Positions 26,803-36,458 of a stretch of 64,000 nucleotides of DNA are shown here, in pieces; the first letter of the stretch is position 1; each line of letters starts with the position of its first letter. Under the pieces are notes generated by a model. The model did no database searches. It worked only from the letters and a program-made list of their open reading frames with translations, and had not been told where the DNA came from. The stretch spans positions 176-64,175 of the forward strand of contig CAZCNN010000003.1 of the NCBI GenBank assembly GCA_964500505.1. The letters are read 5' to 3'. The stretch is from an uncultured Bdellovibrionales bacterium (lineage in GTDB: Bacteria; Patescibacteriota; Minisyncoccia; Moranbacterales; UBA1568). A program made the translations under genes and the position numbers.

Positions 26803-28149
26803 ATGGCTGAGACCAAAAACGATTTGATGGAGAAAATAGTGTCGCTCTGTAAGCGCCGAGGTTTTGTGTTTCCCGGAAGTGATATCTACGGTGGCCTCGC
26901 CAACAGCTGGGACTTTGGTCCTTACGGTTCTCAAATGAAAAAAAACATCCGTGACCATTGGTGGAGATTTTTTGTGGAGAGTCGCGAGGATGTCGTTGGC
27001 ATCGATGCTGCGCTCATCATGAATCCCAAGGTATGGGAAGCGAGCGGACATGTCGGAAATTTCTCGGATCCTCTCGTAGAGTGTAAGCAGTGTCATGCGC
27101 GCTTCCGAGCGGATCATCTTGGTTTTACGGATGGGACTGGTAAGCCGACTGGCAGAACAGATATGAGTTGTCCTGAGTGTGGCAAAAATGACTGGACAGA
27201 AACTCAGCAGTTCAATACGATGCTCAAGACTTTTCTTGGTCCCGCTGAAGAAAGTGCCAACGTGGCATACCTTCGTCCTGAAACTGCCCAAGCGATGTTT
27301 GTGAATTTCGTGCAGGTCCAGCAGACCAGTCGCAAGAAGTTACCGTTTGGTATCGCGCAAAATGGTCGGGCCTTCCGCAATGAGATTACTCCCGGGAATT
27401 TCATTTTTCGGACACGAGAATTTGATCTGATGGAGTTTGAGTATTTCTTTGATCCGAAGAAGTCTAATTGGGAAGAAATTTTTGAGTTTTGGAAGAAAGA
27501 AATGGAGCAGTGGATGAGCGAGGTGGGTATTGATGTCAAGAAGACGCATGCGGTGGATATCCCAGATGGAGAACGGGCCCATTATAGTAAACGGACTATT
27601 GATTTCGAATTTGATTTTCCATTTGGTCAGAAGGAATTATTTGGATTGGCCTATCGCGGAGACTTTGATTTGGAGCAACACGAGAAAGCGAGCGGTCAGG
27701 AACTTCGCTTTATGGATGCGGAGACGAATGAGAAGATTCGTCCACATGTCATCGAACCGGCATTTGGTGCAGATCGTGCGATGCTCGCTATCCTTGCTTC
27801 GGCGTTTGAAGATCAAAAACTGGATGGTGACGATGTTCGGACAGTGCTTCATCTGAAGCCGGTAATTGCCCCAGTGCAAGTTGCTGTGTTTCCACTCATG
27901 AAGAACAAGCCAGAGCTCGTAGAAAAGGCGAGAGAGATATTTGCGACGCTCAAGAAGGACTTCCGCTGTGAGTTTGATGACAATGGTAACGTCGGCAAGC
28001 GTTATCGTCGCCAGGACGAAATCGGGACGCCGTACTGCGTAACGGTCGACTTCGATACCCTCACCGATGGCGCCGTCACCGTCCGCGACCGCGATACGAT
28101 GCAGCAAGAGCGAGTGAAGATTGACGAACTTCATAAGTATCTTTCGTAA
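26803..28149 (+). CDS. glyQS: glycine--tRNA ligase (alpha2 dimeric type)
   Basis: Class II core (FPGSDIYGGLANSWDFGPYG, ...RAFRNEITP...). Start at MAETKND; the upstream part of track ORF 26473..28149 is antisense to the small-protein pair. Confidence 0.9.
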   Translation: MAETKNDLMEKIVSLCKRRGFVFPGSDIYGGLANSWDFGPYGSQMKKNIRDHWWRFFVESREDVVGIDAALIMNPKVWEASGHVGNFSDPLVECKQCHARFRADHLGFTDGTGKPTGRTDMSCPECGKNDWTETQQFNTMLKTFLGPAEESANVAYLRPETAQAMFVNFVQVQQTSRKKLPFGIAQNGRAFRNEITPGNFIFRTREFDLMEFEYFFDPKKSNWEEIFEFWKKEMEQWMSEVGIDVKKTHAVDIPDGERAHYSKRTIDFEFDFPFGQKELFGLAYRGDFDLEQHEKASGQELRFMDAETNEKIRPHVIEPAFGADRAMLAILASAFEDQKLDGDDVRTVLHLKPVIAPVQVAVFPLMKNKPELVEKAREIFATLKKDFRCEFDDNGNVGKRYRRQDEIGTPYCVTVDFDTLTDGAVTVRDRDTMQQERVKIDELHKYLS

Positions 28150-28158
28150 GCCTCTCCA

Positions 28159-28187
28159 AGATTCTAGATTCAAGATTCTAAATTCTA
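28159..28187. repeat. heptamer tandem array (AGATTCT-like x4) ending 5 nt before start codon
   Basis: agattctagattcaagattctaaattcta, read directly. Confidence 0.8.
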
Positions 28188-28192
28188 TCCAC

Positions 28193-29464
28193 ATGAAATA
28201 CCAGAAACACACCCTGAAGAATGGACTCCGGATTTTGCTCGCGCCGATGCAAGAGACCCAGACGGCGACAGTGATCGTCATGACCGGGGTAGGGTCACGC
28301 TATGAGACGCGGGCTGAGAATGGTCTGGCGCATTTCCTCGAGCACATGTTCTTCAAGGGGACAGCCAAGCGTCCGACGGCGATGGATATCTCTAAGGAAC
28401 TCGATGCCATCGGCGCCGAGTACAATGCCTATACCGGCAAAGATCGCACCGCCTACTATGCCAAAGTCGAGGCTCATCACTGGGACACAGCACTGGATGT
28501 GGTCAGTGATCTGTTTCTCAATGCCAAGATTGAGCAAGAAGAAATCGACCGTGAGCGCGGACCAGTTCTCCAAGAGCTCAATATGTACGAGGATATGCCC
28601 ATGCGCCATATCGGTGACCTCTGGGAGCTCCACCTCTATGGGGATACGCCGCTTGGCTGGGAGATCATCGGCCCCAAGGAAAACCTCAAGCGGTTTCAGA
28701 GGCGTGACTTTATCAAGTACCTCAATCGTGGTTATGTCGCCGAAAACGTGGTGATTGGCGTCGCTGGCAAGATTGATCCCAAGGTGGTGAAGAAAGAAAT
28801 CGAAAAGCACTTTGCGGGTATCAGAACCGGCAAGAAACCCGTGTTCAAGAAAAACACTAAGAAGCAGTCAGTCCCCGAGGTCTACGTCCAGAACAAGAAA
28901 ACTGACCAGACTCAGCTCATCCTCGGCGTCCGGTCGTACGATATGTATCACCCGGACCGCTATGTGCTCGCAGTCCTCTCGACCCTCCTCGGGGGCGGGA
29001 TGTCGAGCCGACTCTTTATGGCGGTGCGGGAACGGCGCGGACTGGCCTATAATGTCCACACCATGACCGAGAGCTATCATGACGCTGGCTATCTCGCTAC
29101 CCAGGCAGGAGTGGAGCACGAGAACCTGGAGCAGACTATCACGGTCATCCTCGATGAGTACCGGAAAATCGCGACCGAAAAAGTGGATACGGAGGAACTC
29201 AAGAAAGCCAAAGAATATATCAAGGGCAAGCTCGCTATGGGCCTCGAGGGCTCGGACGACGTGGTGGAGTATCTCGTCAGTCAGGAGACCATCCGCGGTG
29301 AGATCACCCTCCCCGAAGAAAAGCGGAAGCACATTGATCGTGTGACGGCCGACGACATTCTCCGCGTGGCTCAGGATATCTTCGTAAATAAGAAGTTGAA
29401 CTTGGCAGTAATAGGACCAAAGGCATCCGAAGCTAAGCTTCGGAGAATGTTGAATGTTGAATGA
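28193..29464 (+). CDS. M16-family zinc metallopeptidase (pitrilysin/insulinase-like)
   Basis: Inverted zinc motif HFLEH near the N-terminus. Two-domain length of 424 aa. Confidence 0.8.
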   Translation: MKYQKHTLKNGLRILLAPMQETQTATVIVMTGVGSRYETRAENGLAHFLEHMFFKGTAKRPTAMDISKELDAIGAEYNAYTGKDRTAYYAKVEAHHWDTALDVVSDLFLNAKIEQEEIDRERGPVLQELNMYEDMPMRHIGDLWELHLYGDTPLGWEIIGPKENLKRFQRRDFIKYLNRGYVAENVVIGVAGKIDPKVVKKEIEKHFAGIRTGKKPVFKKNTKKQSVPEVYVQNKKTDQTQLILGVRSYDMYHPDRYVLAVLSTLLGGGMSSRLFMAVRERRGLAYNVHTMTESYHDAGYLATQAGVEHENLEQTITVILDEYRKIATEKVDTEELKKAKEYIKGKLAMGLEGSDDVVEYLVSQETIRGEITLPEEKRKHIDRVTADDILRVAQDIFVNKKLNLAVIGPKASEAKLRRMLNVE

Positions 29465-29493
29465 AGATGTCGATTCAACAGTGGATGTAGCCT

Positions 29494-29523
29494 ATATTCA
29501 AAATTCTACATTCTAAATTCATC
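29494..29523. repeat. heptamer tandem array (ATTCTA-type) ending 6 nt before start codon
   Basis: tatattcaaaattctacattctaaattcatc. Confidence 0.75.
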
Positions 29524-29529
29524 ACACAT

Positions 29530-30561
29530 ATGACTGTAAACGAACACGTCGAAGTAGGGACGAGGGTGCTCATTCGAGCCGCACTTCTCTTGGCAGTGGC
29601 CTATGTCCTCTATCTCCTCCGAGATGTGGTCGTCTTGGTGCTCCTTGCTGTGCTCACGTCTGCGGCCCTGGTCCCGGCAATCGCCCGACTTCAGAAATTT
29701 GGCCTGTCTCGGACGGCCTCGGTCGTCATCTCGTACTCGCTCCTCTTTTTTGCAGGAGTACTCCTTTTGGCAGTGTTCTTCCCGCTCTTTTTCTCGGAAA
29801 TTAAACAGTTTCTCTTGAATTGGCCGGAGTATGCCAAGCGCCTTGATAGCTTTATGAGTGGACTCCAGAGCTATGCCCAAAGTATTGGAGTCGAGTTCCG
29901 TCAGGATGAGTTCTCGCAGAATATCGAGGGCAACATCTCGCAGTGGTTTACTCAGATTTTCTCGACCACTCTCGATCTTTTCCAGAGCTTTATCCACTTC
30001 ATTGGATACTTCTTCCTCGCTCTCTATCTGTCACTTGAAGAAAAGGGTATCGAAAAATTTTTCCTCCTCATGACTCCCAAGGAGTATCATGCTCAGGCTC
30101 TCTCGATTGCTAGTCGCATGCAGGGCAAGGTCAGTCAGTGGCTCTTTGGTCAGATGCTCCTCATGCTCATCGCGTTCGGAATTTACTACATCGGACTTTC
30201 ACTCCTCGGTGTGCCGTATGCGCTCGCCATCGCTCTCTTCGGGGGGCTGATGGAGATCCTCCCGTATGTCGGCCCAGTCCTCGCTGCCGTCCCAGCCATT
30301 GTCATCGGGCTCCTCTCTTCACCAGTCCTCGGTGCCTCGGCCCTCGCCTTTTATATCGTGGCCCATCAGGTAGAAGCTCATATCGTCGCCCCTCAGGTGA
30401 TGAAGCACTCGGCTGGTCTCAATCCGGTGGCTCTTATCGTCGCTATCCTCATTGGGCTCGAGCTCGGTGGTCCAATCGGTATCATCCTCGCGGTGCCTAT
30501 CACGATGATCCTCTCGGTGTTCGTGGAAGACCTCCTCCTCAAGAAAAGCAATCAGGCCTAA
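29530..30561 (+). CDS. AI-2E family transporter (PerM/UPF0118)
   Basis: 343 aa with about 8 TM helices and the architecture typical of AI-2E permeases. Confidence 0.7.
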   Translation: MTVNEHVEVGTRVLIRAALLLAVAYVLYLLRDVVVLVLLAVLTSAALVPAIARLQKFGLSRTASVVISYSLLFFAGVLLLAVFFPLFFSEIKQFLLNWPEYAKRLDSFMSGLQSYAQSIGVEFRQDEFSQNIEGNISQWFTQIFSTTLDLFQSFIHFIGYFFLALYLSLEEKGIEKFFLLMTPKEYHAQALSIASRMQGKVSQWLFGQMLLMLIAFGIYYIGLSLLGVPYALAIALFGGLMEILPYVGPVLAAVPAIVIGLLSSPVLGASALAFYIVAHQVEAHIVAPQVMKHSAGLNPVALIVAILIGLELGGPIGIILAVPITMILSVFVEDLLLKKSNQA

Positions 30562-30565
30562 TACT

Positions 30566-31252
30566 ATGGATGCTGGAATTTTGTACATCGTCGCGACTCC
30601 TATCGGCAACCTCGGCGATATCACCCTCCGCGCCTTGGAGACACTCAAGAGCGTAGATACGGTGCTTTCCGAAGATACGCGCGTGACTGGGAATCTCCTC
30701 CGGCACTTTGAAATCTCAAAGCCCCTCGTTTCGTTTCATGAGCACACCGAGACTGACAAAGCCGGCAAGCTCATCGCCCGGATGCTCGCGGGTGAGAGTA
30801 TGGCCCTCGTGACGGACGCTGGCACTCCAGGGATATCTGATCCCGGGAATGTCCTGGTAGCCTTGGCGATCGAGTCAGGTGTCCGAGTGGTGCCGATACC
30901 GGGAGCGAATGCTCTCGGGGCCATCGTCAGTGTAGCGGGGATTGATATGCGGGAGTTTGCGTTCCTCGGGTTTCCGCCTCACAAGAAAGGTCGGGAGACA
31001 TTCTTCCGGGGTGTGGCCGAGACTACGATGCCGGTCATCTATTATGAGTCTCCTCACCGGGTGATCAAGAACCTCGAGCTCCTGATGGAACTCGGTCCCA
31101 ACAAAAAACTCGTCCTAGGACGAGAGCTAACCAAAATATTTGAAGAAGTGGTGCGCGGGAGCGTCAGTGAAGTAAAGAGGTATCTTGAGAGTAAAGCAGG
31201 GAAAATGAAGGGGGAGTTTACGATAGTAGCGTATGAAGAAAGAAGAATGTAG
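30566..31252 (+). CDS. rsmI: 16S rRNA (cytidine1402-2'-O)-methyltransferase
   Basis: Tetrapyrrole-methylase fold with the N-terminal motif YIVATPIGNLGDITLRALETL. Confidence 0.85.
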   Translation: MDAGILYIVATPIGNLGDITLRALETLKSVDTVLSEDTRVTGNLLRHFEISKPLVSFHEHTETDKAGKLIARMLAGESMALVTDAGTPGISDPGNVLVALAIESGVRVVPIPGANALGAIVSVAGIDMREFAFLGFPPHKKGRETFFRGVAETTMPVIYYESPHRVIKNLELLMELGPNKKLVLGRELTKIFEEVVRGSVSEVKRYLESKAGKMKGEFTIVAYEERRM

Positions 31253-31323
31253 AATGTGGAATGTCGGACAGAACGTTTAAAAATGACGCGGACCCGACTG
31301 CGTTTGCAATCAGGTCCGGGGGC

Positions 31324-31653
31324 CTAGCGGGGAGTCAGCCACTCCCGTACGCCGGGGCTGAACTGGCCGGCCAGCAGAAGGGCGGTGGAGCCAGCGATGA
31401 TGACCAGCATCACTCCGAGGGCGATAGTGGCCGTACGCGAGTGAATCGCGCGGTCGACCAGGTTGGAAAACCTGGTCCAGCCTTGGAGGATGGCTCGTCC
31501 AACGGCCCGATCAGTCTTGCTCCAGACACTGGAGCCAGCCAACCAGACAGTCAGCTGGACGGTCCAGGTAAATAGCTGGACAAAAGCAAGTCCGATGACC
31601 AGGATGGCCCATTCAGGACCGGAGAATTCCTCTTCGATGATGGGGGCGTCCAT
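31324..31653 (-). CDS. small membrane protein (110 aa, 3 TM), hypothetical
   Basis: Start at an ATG preceded by a ggaggt RBS. Strongly hydrophobic; the competing + strand ORFs lack any features. Confidence 0.45.
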   Translation of the reverse strand: MDAPIIEEEFSGPEWAILVIGLAFVQLFTWTVQLTVWLAGSSVWSKTDRAVGRAILQGWTRFSNLVDRAIHSRTATIALGVMLVIIAGSTALLLAGQFSPGVREWLTPR

Positions 31654-31754
31654 GGGACCTCCTGTTGGGGGGGAACTGACAGCACCGGCGGCACTGTTCA
31701 ATGCAGTATACACCATAAATCCAGTTTTGTCAATAATAATCACTAAAAAATGCC

Positions 31755-33185
31755 ATGAACAAGCCATTTTTTATCACTACGGCTATCGACTATGTGAACG
31801 CGGCGCCCCATGTCGGCCATGCCGTCGAGAAGGTATTGACCGACGTCGTGGCTCGCTATGCCCGCCAGTCACGTCCGACCTACTTCCTTACTGGTTCGGA
31901 CGAGAATAGCCTCAAAAACGTCCAGGCAGCGGAAAAGGCTGGCCGTGAGACGGCTGAGTTTGTAGCCGAAAATGCCGAGGCATTCAAGGCACTGGCTCAG
32001 TCGCTCGATCTTTCATTTGATCAGTTCATTCGGACGACCGAAGAGCGTCACTTTGTTGGGGCTCAAAAGATGTGGTCCGCTTTCAAACCCGAGGACGTGT
32101 ACAAGAAAACATACCGCGGGCTCTACTGTGTCGGCTGTGAAGAATTCAAAAATGAAAAAGACTTGGTGGACGGCAAGTGTCCCGACCATCTGAAGGAACC
32201 AGAAGTCGTTGAAGAAGAGAACTGGTTCTTCAAATTGTCGAACTATGGCGACCGACTCCTCGCCTTGATCGAGAGTGGTGACCTCGCGATCTATCCTGAC
32301 TACCGCAAGAACGAAGTCCTCTCATTTATCAACATGGGACTCGAGGACTTCTCTATCTCGCGCTCGGTGGCTCGCGCTCGGAACTGGGGCGTGCCTGTCC
32401 CAGGGGATGAGTCGCAGATCATGTATGTGTGGGTAGACGCGCTCTCGAACTACATCACGGCGCTGGATTACGCCACAGGCGGGGATTTGTATCAGCAATT
32501 TTGGGCAAATGGGGGGGATAGGGTCCATGTCATCGGCAAGGGCATCCTTCGTTTCCATGCTATCTACTGGCCGGCGATGCTCCTCTCGGCCAACCTCCCA
32601 CTCCCGACCACTATCTACGCCCATGAATACTTGACCATCAATGGTCAGAAAATGTCCAAGTCCCTGGGGAATGTCATCTATCCGAGTGACCTGGTCGCGA
32701 AATACGGTATCGATGGGACGCGCTATCTCCTCCTCACCGCGCTCCCGTATACTCGCGATGGTGATCTGTCATGGGACAAGATGACTGAGAAGTACAATGC
32801 GGACCTCGCCAATGGCCTGGGGAACCTGGTCTCACGTATCGTGAAGCTCAGCGAGAAACTCACGACCGAAGAGGCGAAGCAGATTGAAGTATCCGAAGAG
32901 GGGGTGTCGGGTGCACTCGCACCATTCTTTGCCAAGTTTGATCTCTCGAGTGCCCTCGTCCATATCTGGACCAGCGTCCAGATGCTCAATGAATACCTCG
33001 GCAAAGAAGAACCATGGAAACTTGAGCCGGACACGGAGAAGTTTGTCGAAGTGATGAAGTATGCCAGGCACCAGCTCGCCCAGATCAGTGCTGAGGTGCG
33101 TCCATTTCTCCCCGGGACGTCAGACAAGATAGCGACTGCTCTCGTGACAGGCAAAGTCGAGCCGCTCTTTCAACGAATTGTATGA
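31755..33185 (+). CDS. metG: methionine--tRNA ligase
   Basis: HVGH and KMSKS motifs (KMSKSLGNV). 476 aa. Confidence 0.9.
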   Translation: MNKPFFITTAIDYVNAAPHVGHAVEKVLTDVVARYARQSRPTYFLTGSDENSLKNVQAAEKAGRETAEFVAENAEAFKALAQSLDLSFDQFIRTTEERHFVGAQKMWSAFKPEDVYKKTYRGLYCVGCEEFKNEKDLVDGKCPDHLKEPEVVEEENWFFKLSNYGDRLLALIESGDLAIYPDYRKNEVLSFINMGLEDFSISRSVARARNWGVPVPGDESQIMYVWVDALSNYITALDYATGGDLYQQFWANGGDRVHVIGKGILRFHAIYWPAMLLSANLPLPTTIYAHEYLTINGQKMSKSLGNVIYPSDLVAKYGIDGTRYLLLTALPYTRDGDLSWDKMTEKYNADLANGLGNLVSRIVKLSEKLTTEEAKQIEVSEEGVSGALAPFFAKFDLSSALVHIWTSVQMLNEYLGKEEPWKLEPDTEKFVEVMKYARHQLAQISAEVRPFLPGTSDKIATALVTGKVEPLFQRIV

Positions 33186-33727
33186 AGCTCTCAAAGGAAA
33201 ATTTTGCTTTCGGCGTCCAAGTAGTCATCAAGCAGGGGAACCAGGTATTGCTCACCAAGCGTGAGGATTTTGAGGTCTGGTGTTTGCCTGGAGGGAGTCT
33301 CAATTCACATGAGACGTTTGTTGAGGCAGCGGTCCGCGAAGTTCGTGAAGAAACAGGATTGGAAGTGCGAGTCACCCGTTTGATTGGCGTCTATTCGCGA
33401 CCAAATGAAAATTGCTACAATATGGCGTTTGAGGCAGAGATCGTGAGTGGTACACTTCAGACCTCGAGAGAAGTTATTGAGCTAGACTTTTTTGATCCGA
33501 TGACCTTGCCGGATTACACCATTCACTTTTACCAGAGGATGATAGCGGATGCATTTAGTGGTACAGAGGCGCCGACTGCGTGGAAACTTATTACCCCTGC
33601 GCCATTCGGAGCCATGCATTACCTAGAGCTCTATGCTTTGCGGGATGCTTCGGGTTTGTCGCGCAAGGATTTCTATATGAAACACTTTGGCAATTCGGAT
33701 GAGTACCAAGAGATTCGAGAAGTCTAG
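33182..33727 (+). CDS. NUDIX hydrolase
   Basis: Nudix box GGSLNSHETFVEAAVREVREETGL. Confidence 0.8.
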   Translation: MKLSKENFAFGVQVVIKQGNQVLLTKREDFEVWCLPGGSLNSHETFVEAAVREVREETGLEVRVTRLIGVYSRPNENCYNMAFEAEIVSGTLQTSREVIELDFFDPMTLPDYTIHFYQRMIADAFSGTEAPTAWKLITPAPFGAMHYLELYALRDASGLSRKDFYMKHFGNSDEYQEIREV

Positions 33728-33786
33728 GTGGTAGAAAATGAAAAACGACCGTGGTTCCGGTCGTGAGTGGGTGACACGAGGCTGAC

Positions 33787-33927
33787 TTAGCGCCACATGC
33801 CGGCGAGAGTCTCGCCAATCTCCTGCCAGTAGAACGTTGGGGCAATCAGGCCGACAGCGATGAGCACGACGGAACCCAACAGAAAGTGCAGAATGGCCTT
33901 GGCTCCAAACCTGAGAATTTCTTCCAT
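33787..33927 (-). CDS. small ORF (46 aa) single-TM hypothetical protein
   Basis: Read directly: MEEILRFGAKAILHFLLGSVVLIAVGLIAPTFYWQEIGETLAGMWR. A gggag RBS-like sequence precedes it, and it sits in a 280-bp gap between + strand genes. Confidence 0.3.
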   Translation of the reverse strand: MEEILRFGAKAILHFLLGSVVLIAVGLIAPTFYWQEIGETLAGMWR

Positions 33928-34009
33928 GGGTACTCCCATATGGTTGGTGCCGACATCCTAGCAGAGAAGTATTGTCACCGCAACCCTTTCCCATAAGCCA
34001 ATCCGCCAG

Positions 34010-34939
34010 ATGGCGGACTATAAGCTATCAGCTATGCATGACATCCACACTCACCTCTACTGGCAATCGTACGACACGGATCGGGACGAGGTGGTTCGGC
34101 GTGCCCGCGAGGCCGGGGTGGACAAGATGCTCGTCATCGGCTGTACGGTAGAGGAGAGTCGGCAGGCGATCACGGTGGCAGAGCAGTACCCACAGGTATA
34201 TGCTTCTGTTGGTATCCACCCAAGCTTTTTTAACGAACTGGTTGAAAAATCACCAACGACCAAAATCCAAGATACAAATAATCACCAATCACCAATATCC
34301 AATCTCAAAGGGCTCACGAGTGAGCTACGGGAAATGGCCAAGCACGAGAAAGTAGTGGCGATAGGGGAGTGCGGGTTGGAATATTACGCACATAACTCGG
34401 AACAACCCATTACTGAAGCGCAGAAAGCTGCTCAAAAAGCAGGATTATTGGCTCAGATAGCCCTGGCTGAAGAGCTAGAGCTCCCGATGATCCTTCATTG
34501 TCGTGCCTCTACCGGCAGTGCTGATGCCTACGAGGACCTCTTCGAAATCCTTAGTAATCAACATTCTATATTCGATATTCAACATTCTTCCTGTATCCTC
34601 CACTGCTACATGGGCGATACCGAGGTGACGGAGAGGTTCCTGTCTCTCCCCAATGTTTACTTCTCCTTTACCGGCAACATCACCTATCCGGTGAAGCAGG
34701 TCGTTGTGGGGACGAGGGATGATTTGACCGAAACAGTGAAGATGATTCCGCTTGAGCGGATATTTACCGAGACGGATTGTCCATTTCTCACCCCCCAGTC
34801 CCATCGAGGGGAGCGGAACGAGCCGGCCTATGTGGCCGAGGTACTCGAGTGTATTGCCAGGCTCCACGGGGTCGAGCCAAAAGTGGTCGAACAGTTGACA
34901 GAATCAAATTTCAAAAAGGTCTTTCCCATGGTACAATAG
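34010..34939 (+). CDS. TatD-family metal-dependent hydrolase (DNase)
   Basis: HTHL at the N-terminus and the conserved HCR/HCY metal ligands. It contains a low-complexity insert and an in-frame copy of the intergenic ATTCTA repeat. Confidence 0.8.
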   Translation: MADYKLSAMHDIHTHLYWQSYDTDRDEVVRRAREAGVDKMLVIGCTVEESRQAITVAEQYPQVYASVGIHPSFFNELVEKSPTTKIQDTNNHQSPISNLKGLTSELREMAKHEKVVAIGECGLEYYAHNSEQPITEAQKAAQKAGLLAQIALAEELELPMILHCRASTGSADAYEDLFEILSNQHSIFDIQHSSCILHCYMGDTEVTERFLSLPNVYFSFTGNITYPVKQVVVGTRDDLTETVKMIPLERIFTETDCPFLTPQSHRGERNEPAYVAEVLECIARLHGVEPKVVEQLTESNFKKVFPMVQ

Positions 34940-35030
34940 GGGCACAAACAAGCCTCAATTGTTACCTTGACTTTTACACTAAAAAGGTGTATAATAACAA
35001 GAAGTATTAAGTCTATCTTTCTATAAATCT

Positions 35031-35531
35031 ATGAGCGAGACTGAACTATTAGAACGACAAGGGGTTAAGAAGTCAGTAGATGCAGGTGTTGCGGATGCCT
35101 TACTCCAAGGCCAGCAAGTAGGTGTGGCCGAAGCGAGAGCAAAGCGTGAGGAACAAGAGGCGCGAGAGCGCGCCGAGGTACAGGAGAAACTGGAGTCGTT
35201 TCCGGAAGTAGTTGAGCGAATAAATAAAGAAATCGCACAGGTCAAAGTTGACTTGTTAGATCTCAAGAAGAGAGGCGAGGCTCTTAAGGATCAGATTGAG
35301 AGTAATAATGATCGAATGACTGGTATGAGGGCAGCTCTTGAGAAGCTCGGGAAAAATAAGATTGACTCTCAGGTGGTTGAAGAACACACGAAAACACAAG
35401 AAGCTTTGACTGCGGAGGCTTGGAAGATTAAGGCTGGTTTTGATGCCAAAAGAAAACAATTTGAAGCATTAAGCCAAGAGTTGGCGGATGCTAAGGCTTT
35501 TCAAGAAGCAGTAGAGGGCTCAGGTCAATAA
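35031..35531 (+). CDS. coiled-coil hypothetical protein
   Basis: 166 aa, charged, heptad-like composition (EARAKREEQEARERAEVQEKLE). Confidence 0.45.
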   Translation: MSETELLERQGVKKSVDAGVADALLQGQQVGVAEARAKREEQEARERAEVQEKLESFPEVVERINKEIAQVKVDLLDLKKRGEALKDQIESNNDRMTGMRAALEKLGKNKIDSQVVEEHTKTQEALTAEAWKIKAGFDAKRKQFEALSQELADAKAFQEAVEGSGQ

Positions 35532-35574
35532 TTGATTAAAAATGTTCCCTCAATAATTATTCACACGCAGAACT

Positions 35575-36261
35575 ATGAATCACGCTGAGCAGGCATTTTT
35601 GAAGCCATCAGTAGCGAAACCAACCGAAAAATCTCTCAAGGATGCTACGCTTGTGGCTCTTTCTCTCGAGAAACAGGCAGCGGTAACTGGTGGGCTCTCG
35701 GATAATCAGAAGGATGCCATTGTAAAGAGGCTCGCCGAACAGAATAGGGCGGGTCTGTACGCAGAGGCAAATGGAGGCGATGTGATTGATACAGATTTTG
35801 ATTCATTGTCGGACGAAGAAAAGTTGGCCCAGTTCGATATGGCCAGCGCGGTTTTTCAGGAAGTAGTAGTACCAACGAGTCTTGAGACTAAACAGGCGGG
35901 AGATGAGCAAGTATTAAATCAAATGAATCGTGCGCAGGAGATTTTGAACTTGGATCCGGAAAAACTGAAGTTCGCAAGGGATACCATCCGAACCTATCGT
36001 GAAAAAATAGTCACGGCAGAGGCTGCCGCGCAGAAATCTTTTGAGCGGATACAGCAATTGCAAGCACAGCATGCTCAGGCTGTAGAAAGTAACAGTCCAG
36101 ATGCAGGAAAGATCGATGCACAACTCTCAGCTGAAATCATCAATAACGAGGCATTAGACGCAGCAGTGAGGCGACATGAAACATTTGTTGCTGCGGCTGA
36201 AGTTGCATTTGAAAAGGCATTTAATATCCCGTCTGGAAGCACGACCAAAGAAAAGGCGTAA
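35575..36261 (+). CDS. hypothetical protein, acidic/coiled-coil
   Basis: 228-aa ORF. No family recognised. Confidence 0.45.
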   Translation: MNHAEQAFLKPSVAKPTEKSLKDATLVALSLEKQAAVTGGLSDNQKDAIVKRLAEQNRAGLYAEANGGDVIDTDFDSLSDEEKLAQFDMASAVFQEVVVPTSLETKQAGDEQVLNQMNRAQEILNLDPEKLKFARDTIRTYREKIVTAEAAAQKSFERIQQLQAQHAQAVESNSPDAGKIDAQLSAEIINNEALDAAVRRHETFVAAAEVAFEKAFNIPSGSTTKEKA

Positions 36262-36395
36262 AATTTTTGAAATTTTCAGGGTTTGACCCCGCACCTTTCT
36301 TTGGGAAAATACGCTCTATTTCGAACTTGAGCCAATAGGCGACTGCGTCTTGTGGCGTGACTTGAACAGAGACTTCCTTGGAAAAAGTGCGGGGT

Positions 36396-36424
36396 TTGAC
36401 CTTTCGGAATTTCACTGATACAAT
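36396..36424 (+). promoter_or_regulatory. sigma-70-type promoter of the ATP synthase operon (-35 TTGACC, 17-nt spacer, -10 TACAAT)
   Basis: TTGACC at 36396-36401 and TACAAT at 36419-36424 with exact 17-nt spacing, about 35 nt upstream of the atpB start. It is followed by a GGCGC-tgtaaa-GCGCC-TTTTTT hairpin in the 5' UTR (36427-36449). Confidence 0.45.
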
Positions 36425-36458
36425 AGGGGCGCTGTAAAGCGCCTTTTTTGTTATCAAA

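Noticed and set aside
33591-33994. Minus-strand ORFs 33623..33994 and 33591..33845
   Set aside because: Arg/Ser/His-rich and featureless. The 46-aa TM ORF 33787..33927 in another frame is more plausible.
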